From assembly GCF_988243305.1 (NCBI RefSeq), contig NZ_OZ547139.1: a stretch of 64,000 nt of DNA. One strand, written 5' to 3'. The stretch comes from a plasmid. Below the pieces are notes generated by a model. It ran no database searches and was not told the DNA's origin. It worked only from the letters and a program-made list of their open reading frames with translations. Positions 26,860 through 34,466 of this stretch are shown piece by piece (within the stretch, counting starts at the first letter, position 1; each line of letters opens with the position of its first letter). Position numbers and translations under genes: made by a program.

Positions 26860-27300
26860 TCAGTCAATCGCGCGGTAAATCAAACCGGCTTCGGCGTGCT
26901 GGTCGGCATATAATTTGAGTTTTTCCTGCTGGGTGATCAGCATGTCGCAGATGTGCTGATAGCCTTCTTCATGTGCGTGCCAGATCATGCGGTTCAGGGT
27001 GAACAGGGTCAGCACGATACCGGTAGCTTCTGCGGACAATTCCCCTTCGAACCAGTTACCGCTAACCGATACCGTGAAGCGCTCTGCGCTCAGTGGGTAC
27101 ATGAAGCCGCTACCGCAAGACAGTTCGACGAACTCCCAGGAACCGCCTTGATAATCGGCGCAGAGAGAACGTGCGTGGTTGTAGACACCGGCCTCACCTG
27201 TGAGATACCAGGCGCCGAACAGGCGTGGCAGAAAGGCCATGCGGCGGTTATTGGGGATAATGCGTGCAGTGATGGCGGGTTGATTCAGTTCAGTAGACAT
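26860..27300 (-). CDS. klcA: KlcA/ArdB-family antirestriction protein (146 aa)
   Basis: Colinear with RK2 KlcA as remembered (..FLPRLFG..GE.GVY...LC..Y.GG.W.F..., GELSAEATGIVLTLF, C-terminal IYRAID). Confidence 0.85.
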   Translation of the reverse strand: MSTELNQPAITARIIPNNRRMAFLPRLFGAWYLTGEAGVYNHARSLCADYQGGSWEFVELSCGSGFMYPLSAERFTVSVSGNWFEGELSAEATGIVLTLFTLNRMIWHAHEEGYQHICDMLITQQEKLKLYADQHAEAGLIYRAID

Positions 27301-27308
27301 TTTCTGTA

Positions 27309-27395
27309 CTCCTGCGCCAGTCGGGGCGCTACCGTCGAAAGACCGGATTGCCTTTCGATGTGATTATTATACGTCTAATGAGCCATACCAATCAA
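27309..27395 (-). promoter_or_regulatory. Leading-region cassette copy 3 (full) driving klcA
   Basis: TTGATT, 18 nt spacer, TATAAT, then aatcacATCGAAAGGCAATCCGGTCTTTCGACGGTAGCGCCCCGACTGGCGCAGGAG, then ATG. Confidence 0.7.
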
Positions 27396-27500
27396 GCAAA
27401 ATATTCCCGCCTACCTGAATATTTTCAGGCGGTAGAACTCTTTCCCCTGTCCATTTTTGGGGGCAGGATCACGCCTGCCCCCTTCTGATTCACATGATTA

Positions 27501-27806
27501 CTATGACTTTGTTTCAGCGTTAAAGTGTACGGCTGCGATCCTGACCAACGGGATCACCGCGCTTTCCTCATCGAGCACACGAAAATTTATCGCTTCCCCC
27601 AGGTGCATCAGGTTAGCGATAAAATCAACGATGATTTCGGAAACCGGGTGTCCGTCGCAGTCCTGCTCATTCAGGCGCGCAAACAGCGCCAGCGCCTTAG
27701 CGGCCTTGATTGCCCGCTCTTCGTTTTCTTCGTCCATACTGCCGAAACACCATTGCCCCTTTTCAATCAGGGCCAGCGTGTCGTAATAGGCTTCATTCTG
27801 GGACAT
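27501..27806 (-). CDS. Leading-region protein of unknown function (101 aa)
   Basis: ORF preceded by the conserved translation-initiation module only. Confidence 0.6.
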   Translation of the reverse strand: MSQNEAYYDTLALIEKGQWCFGSMDEENEERAIKAAKALALFARLNEQDCDGHPVSEIIVDFIANLMHLGEAINFRVLDEESAVIPLVRIAAVHFNAETKS

Positions 27807-27813
27807 GTTTTTT

Positions 27814-27840
27814 CCTCCTGCGCCAGTCGGGGCGCTACCG
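27814..27840 (-). promoter_or_regulatory. Leading-region cassette copy 4 (translation-initiation module only)
   Basis: cggtagcgccccgactggcgcaggagg follows directly after the upstream stop codon. No promoter part is present. Confidence 0.6.
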
Positions 27841-27867
27841 TGAAAGTTCGCTGCGTTACTGCATGAA

Positions 27868-28278
27868 TTAGCCGTTAATCACCTTCGTGATGCACTCCAG
27901 CGCCTCAGACTCCTGCGGATAAAGTCGGCGTGCAGCTCCTTCACCAGACTGGATTTCTTCCAGCCGGATAAACTGCGCCGCCAGCGCCACGACTTTTTGC
28001 AGCGCCTCGGCATTGACCTCTATCTTTCGATCGCGGGCGGCATCTTCGCGCACCTGCTTTGCCAGGCTCCAGACGGTATCTTTTCCGACGCCATAACGGC
28101 TGTGTGAACTGCATTCCGCGATTTCTGCCAGAACGGCTTCGGCCTCATCGTCAGTGAGGTTCATATCACTGGTGCAGTCATGGACATCTTCAGCAGTCCA
28201 GATCAGAAGGCTGATCCGCTGCTGTGGTTCAAAACTATCGAGAAGCCTTGCGCAAATTTCATTTACGTTACCGTGCAT
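27868..28278 (-). CDS. Leading-region protein (136 aa), possibly DUF1380-like
   Basis: LLIWTAEDVHDC...LTDDEAEAVLAEIAE resembles the plasmid leading-region DUF1380 family (memory, low certainty). Confidence 0.55.
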   Translation of the reverse strand: MHGNVNEICARLLDSFEPQQRISLLIWTAEDVHDCTSDMNLTDDEAEAVLAEIAECSSHSRYGVGKDTVWSLAKQVREDAARDRKIEVNAEALQKVVALAAQFIRLEEIQSGEGAARRLYPQESEALECITKVING

Positions 28279-28285
28279 TGTAAAA

Positions 28286-28370
28286 CTCCTGCGCCAGTCG
28301 GGGCGCTGCCGCGAAAGACCGGATGCCTTTCGATGTGATTATTATACGTCTAATGAGCCATATCAATCAA
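28286..28370 (-). promoter_or_regulatory. Leading-region cassette copy 5 (full)
   Basis: Same architecture as the other full copies. Its -35 TTGATT overlaps the last codons of the upstream gene. Confidence 0.65.
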
Positions 28371-28599
28371 GCGATTTTTCACGCTCATAGCTGCTACAGG
28401 CAACGCTGTAGCAGTTTGCATCCAGTTCTGAAGGCCAGTCGTCACGCCCGCAACCTGACAGCAGGCAGGCGCTGAGGTGCCCAGGGCGATAGTCGAGATG
28501 CTGGCATGAGGCGCAAAGGTCATCATCTGAGATTGAGCGGCCTGCACAGATAGGCGGCGCGCCATCAGTGGGAATTTCTCGAATATGCAGCGTTGTCAC
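28363..28599 (-). CDS. Cys-rich leading-region protein (78 aa, GTG start)
   Basis: GTG 28599 lies 7 nt after the conserved AGGAG module. 8 Cys residues in 78 aa. The alternative 28350-28565 frame lacks the module. Confidence 0.5.
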   Translation of the reverse strand: MTTLHIREIPTDGAPPICAGRSISDDDLCASCQHLDYRPGHLSACLLSGCGRDDWPSELDANCYSVACSSYEREKSLD

Positions 28600-28607
28600 T
28601 TTTTTTA

Positions 28608-28634
28608 CTCCTGCGCCAGTCGGGGCGCTGCCGG
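28608..28634 (-). promoter_or_regulatory. Leading-region cassette copy 6 (translation-initiation module only)
   Basis: ccggcagcgccccgactggcgcaggag. Confidence 0.6.
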
Positions 28635-28670
28635 TTAGCGATGCAGGGGGCTGTCGCCCCCTGCGGCGGT

Positions 28671-28784
28671 TCAGTCCTTACCCTTATCCTTCATGACTTT
28701 AATCAGCCCGGTAATGGCTGTAATGAGGGCGGCCACGGCCGTGATAATCTGAGGGAGGTTATGGAGGATTTCAGAAGAGGTCAT
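28671..28784 (-). CDS. Unannotated 37-aa single-TM peptide (MTSSEILHNLPQIITAVAALITAITGLIKVMKDKGKD)
   Basis: ATG 28784 lies after AGGTG, with TGA at 28671-28673. It has its own copy of the conserved promoter core and a hairpin at 28643-28664 downstream. Below the ORF-track cutoff. Confidence 0.45.
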   Translation of the reverse strand: MTSSEILHNLPQIITAVAALITAITGLIKVMKDKGKD

Positions 28785-28812
28785 AATGCACCTGTAAGGC
28801 TGTTTAGGAAGG

Positions 28813-28864
28813 TACTGATTTGAATCAGTAAAAACATTATACGTCTAACGAGCCATATATGCAA
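28813..28864 (-). promoter_or_regulatory. Promoter (cassette copy 7, core only) with an 18-bp palindrome at the predicted +1
   Basis: TTGCAT (28864-28859), 17 nt spacer, TATAAT (28841-28836). Palindrome TACTGATT-TG-AATCAGTA at 28813-28830. Confidence 0.55.
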
Positions 28865-28896
28865 GCAAAAAAACGCCCCTTGTAGGGGCGCTGTGA

Positions 28897-29127
28897 TTAT
28901 TTTACATACTGCCAGACATGCGGCGGGATCTTATCCCAGATGCGTCCCGATGCCAGCTCTGCGCGGCGATGGTCGGCGGCAGCCTCAAAAGCCTCGGTGT
29001 CCTCCGGCGGCACCTGTCCACGATCCCGCATGGATTCGTACATTTTTTCCAGTGTGTCCGGGTTACGACTGCGCCGAAAACGGAGAAGGTAAAAACGCCT
29101 CCGTGCCTGATAAACTGTTTCCGCCAT
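28897..29127 (-). CDS. Small protein (76 aa) with C-terminal AADHRRAELASGRIWDKIP motif
   Basis: ORF whose motif is shared with the 14231-14443 product. Confidence 0.55.
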   Translation of the reverse strand: MAETVYQARRRFYLLRFRRSRNPDTLEKMYESMRDRGQVPPEDTEAFEAAADHRRAELASGRIWDKIPPHVWQYVK

Positions 29128-29224
29128 GTATCTGCGTCCTGAGCGCCTTGTTATTTCGCATAGTATTCACGTTTTGGTTGAATAAGTCTTCGACTATACG
29201 CCCCTTGCGGGGCGTAGCAGGCGG

Positions 29225-29563
29225 TCAGCCCCAGGTGCTGTAAAAATGGCTTTCGTTAGGATCGGTCTTATAAGCCTGTTCGTACTCGTCAATGCTGACA
29301 GACGGATGCTCATGGTTTTCACAGATGCGACGGGTCACGGGTTCGCCTTTAAAGTCGTTCAGTACCGGCTTTAACTCGCCAGACATTGCACTGTCTGCTT
29401 TCACCTGCTGCGCAGCGATGCGGCGCAGTACGGCGGTTTTCTTACCGCGCAGGGCGATCACCTGATAAAAACAGGTATTTGTCTGCTCATAACCCCAGCT
29501 GGAAACAAAAACATCACCAAGAGAAACGGAGCCGTTACGGAACTGAAGGGATTGAATAGCCAT
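29225..29563 (-). CDS. Leading-region protein of unknown function (112 aa)
   Basis: ORF preceded by a full cassette. Confidence 0.6.
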   Translation of the reverse strand: MAIQSLQFRNGSVSLGDVFVSSWGYEQTNTCFYQVIALRGKKTAVLRRIAAQQVKADSAMSGELKPVLNDFKGEPVTRRICENHEHPSVSIDEYEQAYKTDPNESHFYSTWG

Positions 29564-29571
29564 GTTTATTA

Positions 29572-29657
29572 CTCCTGCGCCAGTCGGGGCGCTACCGCGA
29601 AAAGCCTCATTGCCTTTCGATGTAATTATTATGCGTCTAATGAGCCATATTAATCAA
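29572..29657 (-). promoter_or_regulatory. Leading-region cassette copy 8 (full; -10 is CATAAT)
   Basis: TTGATT, 18 nt spacer, CATAAT, then a UTR variant (tcgaaaggcaatgaggcttttcg), then ggtagcgccccgactggcgcaggag. Confidence 0.6.
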
Positions 29658-29752
29658 GCAATAAATACATGCCCGGCATGATTTTCTCAGGCCGGGGAAT
29701 ACTTCCTTTCCCTGTTTATATTTCAGGCCGCAAATGCGGCCTGCCGTCTGCA

Positions 29753-30613
29753 TTACACGCGAGGGGGTAACATTCCGGGATAGTGACTGGCAACCAGATT
29801 ATTGATCTTCTCAACCAGCTCCGGGCGTTTAAACGTAATGTGCGCGCTGCCCTTTTTGTAATATCGCACGCTGAAGTAATCACACTCGAACACCTTACCG
29901 TTGAACTGGTTTTCACTGAAAAAGGCATCCAGTTTGGCACCGTCAGAAACACGGTAATCAGGCACGTTACGCCCGTCCAGCACGTAGAACGGCCGCGCCA
30001 GATCGTCAATTTTGGTGTGCCCGTCTGAGCTGAAGCGCACCCAGCCACTGCGCCAGACATCGAGCAACGGCGCGATGATGATACGCTTGCCAAACATGCA
30101 GGGGTTATTGGTTTTATAATCCCACGACAGGGATTTAAAGATATCAATCAGCCCTTGCGTGAAGGTATCGGCCTTACTTGCGTTCAGGTGCCGGAACGTG
30201 CTCATAACGTTCTCCAGCGTTATCGGCGGCATTTCTTCGCCTGCCACCTGCCGATCCCATTCCTGACGTTGTTTGTTGCTCATCAGCGTATACATGCCGG
30301 TTTCCGACATCAGCCGATCCCAGATTTTTCCGTCGATAACGCGGGAAATAGCCGTTTCGGCCTGGTCTGGTCTGGTGTCGCTCCATTTGATCGCGCTCTC
30401 TACGGCTTTGTCGTAGTCATACAGGTACTGACAGCCTCCGGCCTGCTGCATCAGATCGCGCGCTTTTCGCAGCTTGTCTATGCCGTCGAGATAGACGCGA
30501 ATACCTTCATTCCGCAACGAGATAATGCGCTCAATAGCAATGGACGGGATCACTTCACCGCCATGCTGGCAGGACATCAGATCGACCGACGGGAGAGTTT
30601 TTTCAGATGACAT
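29753..30613 (-). CDS. Leading-region protein of unknown function (286 aa from MSSEKTLPSVD)
   Basis: The start is set to ATG 30613 just after the conserved module. The long ORF start at 30682 would overlap the module. No catalytic motif recognised. Confidence 0.6.
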   Translation of the reverse strand: MSSEKTLPSVDLMSCQHGGEVIPSIAIERIISLRNEGIRVYLDGIDKLRKARDLMQQAGGCQYLYDYDKAVESAIKWSDTRPDQAETAISRVIDGKIWDRLMSETGMYTLMSNKQRQEWDRQVAGEEMPPITLENVMSTFRHLNASKADTFTQGLIDIFKSLSWDYKTNNPCMFGKRIIIAPLLDVWRSGWVRFSSDGHTKIDDLARPFYVLDGRNVPDYRVSDGAKLDAFFSENQFNGKVFECDYFSVRYYKKGSAHITFKRPELVEKINNLVASHYPGMLPPRV

Positions 30614-30619
30614 TTCAGA

Positions 30620-30645
30620 CTCCTGCGCCATGCGGGGCGCTACCG
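30620..30645 (-). promoter_or_regulatory. Leading-region cassette copy 9 (translation-initiation module, variant loop)
   Basis: cggtagcgccccgcatggcgcaggag. Confidence 0.55.
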
Positions 30646-30685
30646 TAAGGGGTGAACAGGGCTGGCAATGCCAGCCCATCAATGA

Positions 30686-30865
30686 TTATTTGCAGCGCTG
30701 AAGCAGTTTACTGACCTGCTCGGCCAGCGCATACGTGGACGCATACGGGCCACTTAAACGACGGTTAGGGATTTCGTTGAGGGCATACAGGCACGCCTTC
30801 AGCAGCGCATCTTTCTGCGTGTCCAGTTCAGCTTTAAGCTGGGAGGGGGTCAGTGCTTTACTCAT
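30686..30865 (-). CDS. Unannotated 59-aa protein (MSKALTPSQLKAELDTQKDALLKACLYALNEIPNRRLSGPYASTYALAEQVSKLLQRCK)
   Basis: ATG 30865 follows a full cassette; TAA at 30686-30688. One residue below the ORF-track cutoff. Confidence 0.55.
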   Translation of the reverse strand: MSKALTPSQLKAELDTQKDALLKACLYALNEIPNRRLSGPYASTYALAEQVSKLLQRCK

Positions 30866-30874
30866 AATTTGTTA

Positions 30875-30960
30875 CTCCTGCGCCAGTCGGGGCGCTACCG
30901 CGAAAAGCCTCATTGCCTCTCGATGTGATTATTATACGTCTAATGAGCCACATCAATCAA
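30875..30960 (-). promoter_or_regulatory. Leading-region cassette copy 10 (full)
   Basis: TTGATT, 18 nt spacer, TATAAT, then UTR and module. Confidence 0.65.
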
Positions 30961-31015
30961 GCGTTATCTGATTAATTTTCTTTGTTTTTTCCCGGACTCC
31001 TTTCCCTGTAAATTT

Positions 31016-31472
31016 TGCTTTTCAGATCCCCATCAGCCCGATGAAGGTGCTTTGCCGGCATGGTGCAGGGGTTCAGGCATCAGACACTAGCGATAGCCCG
31101 AAACCCCGCAGGGGGTTCGGCGGAGCTGCCAGGCCTTGCCTGGCTAGCGGAGTGTGGCTGACGACTGCCCGACGGGCAGGAGCCGAAGGGGCCCAGAGGT
31201 GTTTTAGTACGGCAGGCCTGCCAGAAAACGCCGGCAACTGAGCAGAAATGAACAGGGAAGACACGCTGTGCGGGCGTCAAAATTAAGTTAACTGGCAGAC
31301 ACCAGGGCGGGATCACATCAGAAAGGGCCAGAATAGGGGGCAGGACTCGTCAAAGTCACAAAAACGATGATGGGTACAGGTTTTTTAAATGCGCGCCCAG
31401 AGAGCGGCTCAGAGCGTTTCAGGGCAATACGGGTTCGATGCCCGTATTGCCCTGCAGGCGGCAACCACCGCG
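31016..31472 (-). other. Hairpin-rich GC-rich non-coding stretch downstream of the DGQHR gene (candidate structured RNA or ssDNA element)
   Basis: No ORF with a credible SD. Perfect 14-bp hairpin cagggcaatacggg/cccgtattgccctg (31421-31455). At least five further short GC stems lie between 31095 and 31225. Confidence 0.3.
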
Positions 31473-32756
31473 TCAGCCTTCAGCTCCGGCCAGATAGCGG
31501 CTTAGCCCCTCACGGGAAGCCAGCACCGACGCTCTGAACTGCGGTTCGCCGTCACCCAGCGCCTTCAGCTTCTCCACGATATTGATCATCGGCGCGGCAG
31601 TACGCTGCTTATAATTCTCGATGTCGGCTGCATATTTCAGTAATGCCATATCACTCGCCTCCTCAGCTGGCAGGTAATCACGCAACCACAGCGCATCTGC
31701 GAACGGATCTATCAGCTTTTGCAACGCTTCAGCCGTTGCTTCGAGCGCCCGCCTGTCGGTTTTGATGGTGCCTGTCTCCGGATCAACACACTTCCCTTCC
31801 CAGCACTCAGGTACAAACGACTCCCGGTAATGAAAACCGTTGTCACCGTTTTCCGCACAGGCCAGTAGGTTCTCGATGCTTTCAGGGGTTCTGTGCCGTA
31901 ACATCCTGGCCGTTGCCATACCGATCGCATTAATCATGATGCCATGCAGTCCCAGCGCCTCCTGACGGTACTCCGCGGCGATATCATCCTGGGCAATATC
32001 ATTCCAGCGCATCGCCTGCGCCCAGGCAGTCCAGAGTCTTTCTGCCATATCACGCTGTTGCGGCGAGGGAATGCTGTTGGCCCGCAGGTTGAGCATTTTT
32101 TTCGTCGCATCGTTCAGCGCTTTAAAGCTGATAAGCCGTGAGCTTTTTGCCGGGACCACGTTGTGTTCAAAATCCACTGTGCCCGCCAGCCCGGTGACGG
32201 TTCGGGCCAGATGCATTGCCAGCTGGTTGACCGGATCATTGTTGTTATATGCCATACTGATCGCCGCTGCCGGTTTGCTCGCGTTGTTATTAATATCAGC
32301 GAAAAACTGCTGGCGTAACTCAAGTGGCAGGCCAACGGTAAGCAATAAGCTGATCGTATCTTCCGTGTTGGAATAATCGCGTACAAATTCAAAAATACCC
32401 AGCGCACGGTGCTGGCCATCGAATAATTTTAAATCAGCGTCCATCGGAATTTTAAGAATACCGACTGCCGGCGAGAGTTCGCTGGGAAGGAATTCAACAT
32501 GACTATCAATATTTCCGGTAATTGACGGCAAAATATAGGGAGCTCGTTTTGATGTTGCGCCGGCAACATAATTCCGTATTTTTTTGGCCCGCGTTTTGTT
32601 CGCTTCTCGCTGGCTGCGATCCATAACATCGCCATCATTGTCCATTGCGAGAATACGACGTAACACGACCATAGGAACCGTCAGCATGTATTGTTCTATG
32701 CCGCCCTGTATTCCGCGTGTGGCCGGGACTCTGAAAAAATAGTTATCAGTATTCAT
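31473..32756 (-). CDS. DGQHR-domain (DndB-like, ParB/Srx superfamily) protein, 427 aa
   Basis: Literal motif KLFDGQHRALG. The upstream RSQREANKTRAKKIRNY and downstream QFFADINNNASKP fit the DndB-like family as remembered. Confidence 0.7.
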   Translation of the reverse strand: MNTDNYFFRVPATRGIQGGIEQYMLTVPMVVLRRILAMDNDGDVMDRSQREANKTRAKKIRNYVAGATSKRAPYILPSITGNIDSHVEFLPSELSPAVGILKIPMDADLKLFDGQHRALGIFEFVRDYSNTEDTISLLLTVGLPLELRQQFFADINNNASKPAAAISMAYNNNDPVNQLAMHLARTVTGLAGTVDFEHNVVPAKSSRLISFKALNDATKKMLNLRANSIPSPQQRDMAERLWTAWAQAMRWNDIAQDDIAAEYRQEALGLHGIMINAIGMATARMLRHRTPESIENLLACAENGDNGFHYRESFVPECWEGKCVDPETGTIKTDRRALEATAEALQKLIDPFADALWLRDYLPAEEASDMALLKYAADIENYKQRTAAPMINIVEKLKALGDGEPQFRASVLASREGLSRYLAGAEG

Positions 32757-32819
32757 AATATTTCCTTCGTATATCCGATACGTTCAGGAAGCACGTTTGC
32801 GCGTCGGTGTTTTGCGCGG

Positions 32820-33086
32820 CTATTTCCAGATCGGCGGTAAGCCGGCATCGATGCATAGGACACACCAGACGGAATACGCGATGTCACTTTCTCCGTTCAC
32901 CCAGCGGCGCACCGTTCTGCCGTTCACGCCAACATGTCGCGCCAGCCCCTCCTGACTGAGGTTGAGCACATTTTCCAGCAGATAGCGGAGTTCATCCCCC
33001 GTCGGCGGGGTCCATTTATCAGCGGGACGGAAACAACTTTCGCGGATCGCGCCCACGTTAAGCGGCACGGTATATTTATTGCCCAT
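32820..33086 (-). CDS. HTH transcriptional repressor, KorC-like (88 aa from MGNKYTV)
   Basis: HTH LSQEGLARHVGVNGRTVRRWVNG. GGAGG before ATG 33086. A KorC-type palindrome lies in the operon promoter. Confidence 0.6.
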   Translation of the reverse strand: MGNKYTVPLNVGAIRESCFRPADKWTPPTGDELRYLLENVLNLSQEGLARHVGVNGRTVRRWVNGESDIAYSVWCVLCIDAGLPPIWK

Positions 33087-33130
33087 AGCAAGCCTCCAGA
33101 GCCGGCCGCACCACTGTGCGGCCGCGGTTA

Positions 33131-33580
33131 TCAAATCAGACCATGTTCAGCAAAAGAGTAAATATCGCTGCCGCCCACAATCAGGTGATCGAGGACTTTG
33201 ACATCAACCATCCCCAGCACCTGCGCCAGACGCTCGGTGATCAGCTTGTCAGCCTGGCTGGGTGCAGTGTTAGCGGAAGGATGGTTATGCGCCAGTACCA
33301 CGGCGGCGGCATTATGATGCAGGGCGCGTTGCAGGACGATACGCGGATGAACGGTGACGCTGCTGATAGTTCCCTTAAACAGTTCTTCAAACGCAATCAC
33401 GCCGTTGTGGCAGTTAAGAAAGAACGCGCAGAATGATTCGCGTGGTTCTGCAGCAAGACGAAACCGCAGTAAGGAACGCGCGGCGTCGGCGCCGGTGATA
33501 AAATCCGTTGTGGTAATTTTACCGGCAATAATGGCGTCCGCCTGGCGGATAATGTTGAGTTCTTCTGCTGAAAATTTCAT
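33131..33580 (-). CDS. radC: RadC-like JAB-domain protein (149 aa)
   Basis: JAMM-type motif VVLAHNHPSANTAPSQAD and C-terminal DHLIVG. Confidence 0.8.
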   Translation of the reverse strand: MKFSAEELNIIRQADAIIAGKITTTDFITGADAARSLLRFRLAAEPRESFCAFFLNCHNGVIAFEELFKGTISSVTVHPRIVLQRALHHNAAAVVLAHNHPSANTAPSQADKLITERLAQVLGMVDVKVLDHLIVGGSDIYSFAEHGLI

Positions 33581-33628
33581 ATATTTCCCTCGTTAGGGGA
33601 CCTGAGCACCATGCCCGGCCACAAATAT

Positions 33629-33657
33629 ATAATAGGACATTTTGTCCTAGATGTAAA
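33629..33657 (-). promoter_or_regulatory. Promoter with embedded 17-bp KorC-type operator
   Basis: TTTACA (33657-33652), 17 nt spacer, TATTAT (33634-33629). The spacer holds the palindrome TAGGACAAAATGTCCTA (33633-33649), which resembles the RK2 OC operator TAGGGCATAATGCCCTA (memory). Confidence 0.55.
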
Positions 33658-33701
33658 TACAGTTAAATATAAAAAAGCCCGATTTAACGGGCTTTTATGG
33701 T

Positions 33702-34064
33702 CTATTTCTGTCCCCCTGCAATAACTTCCAGTTCCGTCTCTGAAAGCATAATTTTCAGGCAGGGTTTGGTACGGCTGAGAAGTTCAATCGACCTCGGATC
33801 GAGGTCCAGGGATTCGCAAAAATCATCTCCGCCACAGGCATCACGCATCCGGTCCCAGAGCTCGTCAAAATCCGTTGTATCCGGATTGAAACCATTGGCG
33901 TAACAGACATTGTGCATCCCATTACTGTTTTTCTCACCTTTCGCCGCCATCACATACACGCCATGATCTTTGACAAAAAGAAGCGGGCAATTAAAACGCT
34001 TAACTTCAGCAATAACGACGTTGAGCATAGGATCAGTAAAAACAAGTTCTGATTGCATGGTCAT
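33702..34064 (-). CDS. Leading-region protein of unknown function (120 aa)
   Basis: ORF followed by a strong terminator (aaaagcccgttaaatcgggctttttt on the minus strand). Confidence 0.6.
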   Translation of the reverse strand: MTMQSELVFTDPMLNVVIAEVKRFNCPLLFVKDHGVYVMAAKGEKNSNGMHNVCYANGFNPDTTDFDELWDRMRDACGGDDFCESLDLDPRSIELLSRTKPCLKIMLSETELEVIAGGQK

Positions 34065-34085
34065 AGTGTATTTACTCCCTGAAAG

Positions 34086-34349
34086 CTATTTGTTGACCGC
34101 AGCGGCGGTGAGAATGTCAGAAAGCGACCCCAGCAGGTATAATTCGGTGAGCTCGCCTGTTTCATTCAGAAGAAATAGCCCTGCAGGTCGGCCATTATGA
34201 AAAATAATGGCTTCATGCGATTGATGTAATTCACACTGACACAGCGAGAAATAAATAAGTGACCATTCAGGGGAAATAACGGTTTTATTGCCATGTTCCC
34301 GGATATAGCGGGCAACATCAGCCTGTTGCTGAGAATTGAGAGCAGTCAT
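34086..34349 (-). CDS. Leading-region protein of unknown function (87 aa)
   Basis: ORF preceded by a full cassette. Confidence 0.6.
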   Translation of the reverse strand: MTALNSQQQADVARYIREHGNKTVISPEWSLIYFSLCQCELHQSHEAIIFHNGRPAGLFLLNETGELTELYLLGSLSDILTAAAVNK

Positions 34350-34356
34350 AAGGTGA

Positions 34357-34443
34357 CTCCTGCGCCGGTCGGGGCGCTACCGTCGAAAGACCGGATTGCC
34401 TTTCGATGTGATTATTATACGTCTAACGAGCCATATAAATCAA
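34357..34443 (-). promoter_or_regulatory. Leading-region cassette copy 11 (full, near-identical to the klcA copy)
   Basis: TTGATT, 18 nt spacer, TATAAT, then ATCGAAAGGCAATCCGGTCTTTCGACGGTAGCGCCCCGACCGGCGCAGGAG. Confidence 0.7.
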
Positions 34444-34466
34444 GTTAATTTTGTTATTTTCCTGGT

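Noticed and set aside
28813-28830. TACTGATTTGAATCAGTA as a LexA (SOS) box
   Set aside because: The half-sites match TACTG/CAGTA, but the spacing is CTG-N8-CAG rather than the canonical CTG-N10-CAG seen at the true boxes at 43426-43441 and 59149-59168. It is kept only as an unassigned palindrome.
31041-31316. 66-, 63- and 78-aa ORFs in the 31.0-31.3 kb region
   Set aside because: They overlap each other on both strands, lack an SD, and are Pro/Ala/Arg-rich. The interval is treated as non-coding structured sequence instead.
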